Assembly: GCA_001179505.1 (NCBI GenBank)
Contig: CDMY01000750.1
Span: 1 to 24,227, forward strand
Source: Vitrella brassicaformis CCMP3155
Taxonomy: Eukaryota > Protista > Chromerida
Reading direction: 5' to 3'
Length of the DNA stretch: 24,227 bases
The translations under genes and the position numbers were made by a program. Each line of letters begins with the position of its first letter. Positions within the stretch are counted from its first letter, which is position 1. Shown piece by piece: positions 1 through 8,268 of this stretch. The notes beneath the pieces are model-generated. The model was not told the origin of the DNA. It did no database searches and saw nothing but the letters and a program-made list of their open reading frames with translations.

Positions 1-1349
1 TCCGTGGCTTCATGTATGGAGGGATGCCACTAATGTTGATTCGATGGACACCAAAAGACGGATCGACATGGCCAAGGTCAGTCTTGTCTCGCGAGAACAT
101 GCCTGTTCGTTGTACGTCTTTGATCACCTGAGCTGCCCGTCTCTTCTGTTGGTCTGTCAGGCCTTTGCCGACCTGTATCTCATGCTCGATGCCGTCCGCA
201 TTTGGGTAGCCGCGGACGTCCTCTGTCTTTGGCGTTGTCCCCATAAGGTGGTCAAGTCGCTCTCGATCGATTTCAGCAGGTACAAGGTCAGTTTCTGCCA
301 ACTTGGCTGCCGCGATAGGCCGTGTCTCATTCATAGGTGGCTGCAATAAGGAGATCGCATCCTCAAGGCCCGTGAATGCGACGAACCAGCCCAACACATG
401 GTTCCTTGATAGGATGACTCTCTTTGCCGAAAGATTGTAGAGCTTCACGTATACACGACGGCCTGTCGTCACCTCCATCACACCCTTCTCTACCCGAATG
501 TAAGCTCCTCGGTGGTGTGTGAGCCCTGGATGCTCTAACAGACGCGCAACCTCTCCTATTTGTCCTTCAGGTCCACTCAATCGCGCTCGCACCCATGTCT
601 CCTTGCCCGCTGGTATGGGTGTCTTGGCCGTGACGACGATCTGAGTTTTCGGCTTCCTTCGTTCCTGTCCGGGTGAGCTTGATCTAACAAAACCTATAGC
701 TGTGACACTTACGCCATATGTGTCGTGTGCGTATGGCTCATGAATGCTCATAGGCTACCATTCCTGTCTCGAGGTCACACGTACTTTGCCGACTCGATGA
801 TCTACAATGACCCTTTCCTCTCGGATCGCCTTTCCTCCAAGCAAGACGATAGCTTTGGGATCGTCAATGACACAGAAGTCAACAGTGATAGGTCTCATAG
901 GCTGTCTCCCCTCATCTACTGCCACTCCTTTAGGCAAGAGGGCGATTTGAGCGGCGCTGTCGATCGCTACATCACCGTGGTGCAGCATGCTCAACTTCAC
1001 ACCCGTAATTGGCTTCATGACTATCTCTCCGTTGCCCTCTTCATGCAGCTTCCTCAGCATCCGTCGGCTTATCACACTGAGGTCAGCACCCGTATCAACA
1101 AGCACCTCGCATAACACCCCATTCACCCTCATCAGCACATACGTCTGCCAGCGCACAGTTCGCAAAAGCTCACTGCGCCCTTTGTCTCGACTCGTTGCAG
1201 CACAGCACTGTGCCCGCACAGCCGTCCCTGGAGAGCCAACAACTAAACACTCATCGTGAGCCATCTGTCCACTGCCACAGGCCGACATACTCTGAGACAC
1301 TCTCTGATCGATATCCTTTCCAGCCACTGTTGGGCCCAGCGACGTAGCG

Positions 1350-1445
1350 GCATGCAAAGAAGAAGGCGTCCCCTCTCTTTGCCTACCGCACGCAATGGCA
1401 TGCGACGAAGAAGGCGTCCCTCCTTCTCGCCTACCGCATGTGGGG
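1350..1445. repeat. 48-bp tandem duplication (2 copies) in the pol transframe region; homologues at ~9585-9680 and ~19795-19890
   Basis: AAGGCGTCCC repeats at a 48-nt period in all three elements; encodes GRREGGTPSSSHAIAC/GRQREGTPSS. Confidence 0.85.
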
Positions 1446-1906
1446 TTTTGATCGGAGCTGGCCCCATCCAGCCCCAATCCTTCGTCAGTTCTCATTGGTG
1501 GGTGCCCATCAACCACCGGCAGCTCAGGGCCCTGTCCAATACACGCAACCCGCTCCAACTGACGGTGACATCTGTCCGCTGATGCATCAGGGTGTGCCGT
1601 CATGCACTGTCGCTTTGCCAATGCACCTCTTGGACCTTCCGACCCAGGAACGACATCATCCGAAGGCCTCACGGCCCCCAGGCTCGACACATCATCCGTC
1701 TCTTCATCCAGGACCCTTGCGGCTCCTGTGCAAGCAGACAGGAAAACCTCTGGCGTCGGGAACGACGAACGATCAGCGTGCATTCCAGAGCTTTCCACTG
1801 TGGATAGCTTCCTTTCCGACTCACACAACACGTCTCTCTCAAATACGCCTGTACAACCACACACAAATGACATAGAAATAGGGTGGACATGTGCTTGTCT
1901 GTTCTT

Positions 1907-1972
1907 CAGGGCGTCAATCGCCTTGTCCGCATCCTCTCGTACGCCCTGTGATGGAGGACTCAACCGTTTCCC
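1907..1972 (-). promoter_or_regulatory. -1 ribosomal frameshift signal (slippery G GGA AAC plus pseudoknot), element A
   Basis: Heptamer is in X XXY YYZ phase at the gag end, pol opens in the -1 frame, 6-nt spacer, stems GUCCUC/GAGGAU and CAGGGCGU/ACGCCCUG. Confidence 0.85.
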
Positions 1973-3258
1973 GGCTGCGGGGGGTTGACAGCAGGGAAAG
2001 ATTTCACTGGAGCAGTGTTTACCCCTGTAAGTACATGCTCTCTCGTTTGTTGAGGAGAAGGCCTCTAGTCCTTTGGTCGCTTCCTACAGTTGATCCATCT
2101 GTGTCCAGGTATGCCGCAATAATGACATCTACCCAGGAAGCGAGCTCTGCTCACCCACTGGTCCATTTTCCTATCTGATGCTGGTGTCTCGGCCTTATTT
2201 TCTTTCTTTGGGCTGCCCTGATCCTTCACAGCACCCATTGCCGCAGTTAAGGCACGGAAGAAGGAATTATCGTCCCATTTGCCCCGTGTCTCGCCGCTTC
2301 CTGCATATCGCGCGCACTTTGACGGTCTTGTTCTTTCGGCGTCGCTCTTTTCGTCCTCGTAGCTGGTGCCACGTTTGCGTGTCCGCTGAAGAACCACCTC
2401 AGCATTCAATCCAAGCTCCTTGACTACGCTGAATGTCCGAGGGTCACTGTCCTTGTCATATATCTTGGTTCTCAGGTCTTCGTGGAGCCCATCAATGAAG
2501 AGCTCAACTGCCTCTGGTTCAGACTTACGTGGCTTTTGGTAGAGTTCGATGAACTCATCGAACTCTTCCACGAACGGCTGTTTGGGTTTCTGCTTCCAGC
2601 TTTTCATCTGCTGAGCCACGGCGAGCGTCTGAGACTGCTTCTGACCAAACTCTTCTCTCAGGAAGGCAAGAAGGGCCTCAAACTTCATATCGTCACCTCC
2701 ACTTTGCCATGCGCTCTCTGGATCCTGCAATTGTGCGTATATCCAATCGTTCACTTTTGCCCTGGCTGGTCTACGAATGGCCGCAATTACATGCTGCTGC
2801 ATCAGTCTGCTATTGAGGTTGTACGTTTGCTGATTCACAAGGACATCTTGGATGAAGGCTTCTACAGTAAGCTTTGCGCTGCCATCAAATGGCTGGATGG
2901 ACACCGCTGGCTTCTGTAGGTCGTTTCGTATATTCAGGGCTGTGTCTAATTTCGACGGCAGCTCACTCAACTCTGCCTGCGACGGCGTCTGGCTTGGATG
3001 AGAACTGCTTGCTTCGTGTGTCAGTGCAGGTCCTTCATCTGGCAGCACCACGATGTCGGTGGTGTCGCCACTGCAATTGTATGTTGGTGAGACATCAGCG
3101 TCTCTTCCACGCCGTGCATTCGCCGCACGCCGTGTCCGTCTCTTCATCGCTTTCTTGCCACGCTTCAGCACCTGCAGCGCACCTTTTCGTGTCAATGCGC
3201 TCTCCGCCCGTGCGGGAGGTGCTGATTCCGTGCTCACACCGCTTCGTGTCCTCGCCAT
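1960..3258 (-). pseudogene. gag: gag of element A; premature TAG at 2065-2067 (TGG in B and C), natural TGA at 1960-1962
   Basis: Zinc knuckle CHYCGIPGHRWINC (CX2CX4HX4C); reading through the TAG gives RPSPQQ...PPQPGNG*, matching the B/C ending PQLGNG*. Confidence 0.9.
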
Positions 3259-3300
3259 GATAGTGTCTCAAGTGTCACTTCACGGACTTCTCCGAGTTGC

Positions 3301-3318
3301 TTCACGGCAGATGCACCA
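3301..3318 (-). promoter_or_regulatory. Primer binding site of element A (probably tRNA-Trp)
   Basis: Minus strand TGGTGCATCTGCCGTGAA, 5 nt from the LTR CA; its complement has tRNA 3'-end architecture (TT-CACGG-CAGATGC-A-CCA). Confidence 0.85.
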
Positions 3319-3323
3319 GGAAA

Positions 3324-4167
3324 TGCTCGCCGCCTGTGTATGAGCTGTCTTTGAGACGAGCTGTGCCTAGTGGAGAACGATATGTGAAGTGATTGTCCGT
3401 TGGTTGACAATTTGGAGACACGAAGAAGAGGCTTTCACTTGTAACACACAGAGGTCTGTCCACACGCTACACACACAGTGTCACGCACACGAACACGCAC
3501 GCGATGTCAATCACAGTATCAGTGAGGCGCGTCGGCAGCCACGCAGAATTTGAATCGACTCTCTCTCTCGTCTTGAGAGTCGCCAGGGAAGGTTGTTTGG
3601 AACGACGGGAGTGCTGGAGGGGAAGCAGAAAGGTGAGAGGCAAGATCACTATCAGATCTCGCCAGGGATTACTGGGATGGCCACCAATCGTGATGAGAAC
3701 AACAAAGAATGACTAGAATGATCACTGGAAGGGAAAACAAAAGAAAGAACGCTCGTTTGTCGTAGATTGGTCAGCAAAAGAAGGCGATCTCTGCCAGTCT
3801 GCGCGCTCATCGTAGGGTAAAAGGACCGGAGCGATGTGGATTTCCACATTGCCTTGAGCAATGTGGATTTCCACATTGCTTTTCTTCCGTTTCTCCCTAC
3901 CCTAAGCCCCTGTACTCATGCGGAGGAACGGATGAATTTTGGAGGGACGAAGGGCCATCATCGACCCATTTTCACGTCAAAGTCACAAAAAGAGGAAGCG
4001 ACAGAAGCGACAGTGCGGCGCACTGATGGATGGAACGACAATGGCGGTCCAGAGTCTTCCCTCCCTTCATCAGCGCAGCGGTATATACACTACGACATGC
4101 GCACGAGAAACCCGTTGATTCACTCCCATACTCATGATTGACGTGTCATCTCATGCACCCTGCAACA
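3324..4167 (-). repeat. LTR (844 bp) shared as 5' LTR of A and 3' LTR of B
   Basis: TG...CA termini; the PBS of A abuts the left end and the PPT of B abuts the right end; homologous to 11541-12371. Confidence 0.95.
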
Positions 4168-4180
4168 TTTCCCTCCCTTC
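4168..4180 (-). promoter_or_regulatory. Polypurine tract of element B
   Basis: Minus strand GAAGGGAGGGAAA immediately before the LTR TG; identical to the PPT of element C. Confidence 0.9.
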
Positions 4181-4615
4181 ACGTGCTGAGTTCCGAGCAG
4201 CACTTATTCTATTCGTGCAGGGTGCACGTGACGCATGGTGCCTCACCGATCATTTACACACTGACATGCACACCTAGAAGCACACTTACATGCACACCTA
4301 CATTCACATTCTACGCACAAACTCCTGCTTCGCCTTGGGCACGACCCAACCAATCAATGACCGTCCCTCAGTGTTCTGGTAATTGGCGACGAGGACCGGC
4401 TGCTGTGCAGCGCCCTTCTCAAAGGCATGGGAGTCCTCGTGCTCTTGTGGCAAAGCAACTAGCAGACAAACACTATCATGCAATCCTGTCCACATGTAAA
4501 CTACCTAACCTGCCCCCAGGCCCCACGAAATGCATGCAACCCAACGAAATGGAGCAGGGAAGACCTTGAGAAACACCGACACGTCTTCTCTATTCGTCCA
4601 TTGACTGGGGCTTGT

Positions 4616-4656
4616 CCTCCTCCTCCTCCTCCTGCTGCTGCTGCTGCTGCTGCTGT
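4616..4656. repeat. (TCC)n(TGC)n trinucleotide run encoding poly-Q/poly-E in the Pol tail of B
   Basis: Directly visible; absent at the homologous position in C. Confidence 0.9.
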
Positions 4657-4944
4657 GGCGCTTCCAGTCCATCCTCGCACTCATCTCTTTCCTTCTCCCA
4701 TTGGAAGAACCGGAGAAAGTCAGCCAACGATATGGTGCACTTCATACCCACCAGGGTCTGCTTCTTCAACCGCTTTGTTCGTGTGGGTTCTCTCAGATAA
4801 TGCAGCTCAATGCCATCCTTGTCCAGCCTTGTCACCTTGACAGTGTGCTCACGAGTGAGCTCCTTGACGTGACGGATCCTCACAATGGAATACAATGCGG
4901 GAAGGAGCGAATCGTCCCGAAGGTCAGAGCCACTCTCACGATTC

Positions 4945-5095
4945 TCATAGTCTTGCACGAGCTCTCTGCAACTCAGGCTGCTTTCGTCTTCCCAGGTGGC
5001 ATGTTATAAGGGATACCACCGCCACTTGAGCTTGTATTGCACCTTGCCTTCGTGCGTCCTCTTGCCGACAATTGCTTCCACTTCATGCACAACAC
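4945..5095 (-). other. Chromodomain at the integrase C-terminus, element B (homologue at ~15470-15625 in C)
   Basis: HEVEAIVGKRTHEGKVQYKLKWRWYPL*HATWEDESSLSCRELVQDYE matches the chromodomain pattern (xEVExI...YxxKW...TWE...Lxxx[FY]E). Confidence 0.85.
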
Positions 5096-7968
5096 CCTTC
5101 TCAAAGCGTGGGTCTGGCTGAATGTCTCTCAGGCATGAGTCATCCTCGCCTTGACCAGCAGCTTCTTCACGTTTCCCTTCACTGTCCCTCTTTGCGGCTG
5201 GCACACGATCTTGCCCGACAGCAAAGTCCTTCAAGAGGTCATCTTAGTCAGGAGTCAGGAATGCGTCCTGATTGAAAACTGTCTGCTTTCTATCCCTTCG
5301 CAACAACCCGCTGGAGACCTCAACAGCTCTCTCATCGTCCATGTGCTGCTCCGACGACGATGTCGCAGCCTTCAGCCGATCAACATTCAGGTTCTTGGCG
5401 ACGTTCTCGCCGCACATACGCACCTTGTATGTGACGAGCCCTGTCTTGCTCTCAACGATGCCAACCGTTCGCCAAGGTGAGATGAGCTTTTTCGTAAGGC
5501 CCTTTGGCACGTGATCATTGAAAATTCTCACTCGGTCTCCTGGTTTGAATTCCCTTGGTGCAGGCAGGTCGCTCTTACGAGCAGCCACTTGTTGTTTCGC
5601 TCTATCCATGTTCTTGCGAGCCTCCTTGTGGATGGCTTGGATGCCTTCAACTATCAGCTTGACGGCATCGTCGGGATCGATTGTCTTCGCCGCCGTCTCA
5701 TTCATTGCGACAAGCCGTGCGGTACTGTCAGGGTGGACTGCCTCGCGCCCGGTCAGCATCTTGAATGGCGTAAAGCCAGTCGACTCATGCTCCGTCGTGC
5801 GGTACGCATACAGGAAAAGAGGGATGACCCTGTCCCAGTTGGTCTGCTTCTTGTTTAAATACGGGCGAATTCTGTCTTTCAGAGTACGATTGAAGCGCTC
5901 GATCATGCCGTTGCCCTGTGGATGCATCGGCGTTATCGTTGTGTGTTTAATTCTCAGCCTCGTTGTCACTTCGCGCATCAGCTGATTGACGAAATGGCTT
6001 CCATTGTCGGTGAGAATCTCCTCCGGCAGACCATGTCTCACAACGACTGCCTCCATGAGTGCCTTGACTGTGTCTTAAGCTGTTGGCGCTTTGCCGAGAG
6101 TGACAACCTCTGGCCACTTAGTGAATTCATCCTGGACGGTGAGGGCAAACTGACTGCCAGCTTTTGTGGGTGGAAGAGGACCAATGAAGTCCATGGCCAC
6201 CCTTTGGAATGGTCTCTCAGTTGGTGGTATCTGTATGGTTGGTCTCTTGTTTGCCTTCAGGTTGCGTTTGCTCTGACATGCAGCACACGCCTCAATGTGC
6301 TTTCAAAAGCTCTCGTACATGCCTGGCCAGTAAAACTCTCTCGCCATCCTCTTGTAGCCTCTCTCTATCGCCAGGTGACCAGCCAACAGATGCTTGTGGT
6401 GCAGCTTCATAGCTTCTTCTCGCAGCGATGTGGGAACGAGTGACACGGGCCCATACTCTTGATGCTTCGACACCACTCTCACCAGCCCGTCGAGTAGGCA
6501 AGCGTTGTAAAGCTTCGACCAATATGCCTTCGGAATGGCATCATGCAGCTGATCGAGCTCTCCTTTGGTTGCGTTGTTGCCTTTTTCTGTCAGGAAGGCT
6601 TTCACTCGTGAGACATCAGCACATCGATCCTGGGTTTCAATGATCTGATCGATGTGGAACAGCTTACTGTCATCCATGGCCTCCAGATTGATGGTGCCCA
6701 ACTGGTACGTATTGGTATCGCTCGAGACAGGAATACATTCCATGTTCTCCTGTCCGCAGGGTCTCGAGAGTGCATCCACGTCGGTGTGTCTCTTTCCAGG
6801 CCGATAACGAAAGACGAAGTCATAGTCTTGTAGCATGAGAGACCACCGCTGCAGCTTGCGATTGCCGTCCTGGGCGAATTTCAACGCTCTCAAAGCTTGA
6901 TGGTCAGAGACAAGCTCGAATCGTTGCCCAAACAGGTACGGGCGAAAATGACGGACCGCGTAGTAGATGGCATGTGCTTCTCTCTCTGTGGCTGACCACT
7001 TGCGCTCAGATATACCCAGGATGGCACTCGCGTAATGGATCGGCCTCTGCTGTCCGTTGCCGTCTCGTTGACAAAGGATCGCCCTGACTGCGTATCCACT
7101 CGCATCCGTCTTGAGAATGAACGGCTTCTTGAAATTGGGCAAGGCTAAGATAGGAGCTTCAACTATTTTCTTGAGGGTCAGCAGAGCGTTCCGCTTGGCG
7201 TCTCTCCACACAAATGGGTATTCTTTCTTTGTCAGGTCGGTGAGGGGTCTTGCTAAGTCGGCATAGCTCGGCACGAATCGCTTATAGTATTGGAAGAGGC
7301 CCAAGATGCTCCTTACTTCTTTCTTGTCCGTTGGCTTAGGCATGCTGATCATCTTCTCCACTTTCTTGGGATCAGCTTGAAGGCCTTTCTCGGAGACAAG
7401 GAAGCCGAGAATGGAAATTTTGCGCGCAAAGAAGGTGCACTTGCTTGGCTTCACCTTGATGTTTGCGGCCTGGAGAAGCCGGAACACGTCGAGTATGTGT
7501 CCACAATGCTCATCGAAGGTGCGCAAGAAGATGACAATGTCATCTACATACACAAATGCACTCGTCCACAGTACCTGCGCTAGCGCTTTATTCATCACTC
7601 GTTAGAATGTCGCTACGCTGTTGCAGAGGCCCATCGGCATGCGAGCCCACTGCTTCTGTGTCTGTCCATCGATTGAAAATGCTGTCTTGTGTCGGTCGTC
7701 CGGGTGCACTTCAACTTGCCAAAAGCCTGATGTCGCATCAAGCGTGGTAAACCAAGACATACCATGGAGGCACTCGAAGCATCGACCGATTAATGGTGGC
7801 GCGTAGCGCGACTTTTCTGTGATTTCGTTCAGCCAGCGATAATCGATACAGAGGCGCCAAGAGCCATCTTTCTTCCTCACCATCACAATGGCGGCATTGT
7901 ACTCAGAATCCGCAGGCTCGACGATGCCTGAGGCTTCCAAGTCGCCAACAATCTGCGCTGCTGCCTCT

Positions 7969-8268
7969 NNNNNNNNNNNNNNNNNNNNNNNNNNNNNNNN
8001 NNNNNNNNNNNNNNNNNNNNNNNNNNNNNNNNNNNNNNNNNNNNNNNNNNNNNNNNNNNNNNNNNNNNNNNNNNNNNNNNNNNNNNNNNNNNNNNNNNNN
8101 NNNNNNNNNNNNNNNNNNNNNNNNNNNNNNNNNNNNNNNNNNNNNNNNNNNNNNNNNNNNNNNNNNNNNNNNNNNNNNNNNNNNNNNNNNNNNNNNNNNN
8201 NNNNNNNNNNNNNNNNNNNNNNNNNNNNNNNNNNNNNNNNNNNNNNNNNNNNNNNNNNNNNNNNNNNN
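7969..8268. other. Assembly gap (300 N)
   Basis: N run inside the RT N-terminus; alignment to element C (LAQMEYEQ) implies only about 9 nt are missing. Confidence 0.95.

Larger units (their letters stand above)
1..1972 (-). pseudogene. pol: pol of element A (transframe region, aspartic protease, dUTPase-like region, start of RT); in-frame TAG at 755-757
   Basis: ORF 755-1963 contains VLVDTGADLSVIS; my manual translation past the TAG stays open to the window start and matches B (GMFSRDKTDLGHVDPSFGVHRINISGIPPYMKPR). Confidence 0.9.
1..4167 (-). mobile_element. Gypsy LTR retrotransposon A (5' portion; truncated by window start)
   Basis: LTR 3324-4167, PBS 3301-3318, gag with CCHC knuckle and protease motif LVDTGAD; 1-1170 is nearly identical to element B 8279-9444. 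Confidence 0.95.

Noticed and set aside
4304-4495. Small minus-strand 3' ORFs sharing EDSHAxxKG in B and C (possible extra or env-like ORF)
   Set aside because: The frames diverge immediately on either side; the shared nucleotides are better explained by the conserved three-way-junction RNA.
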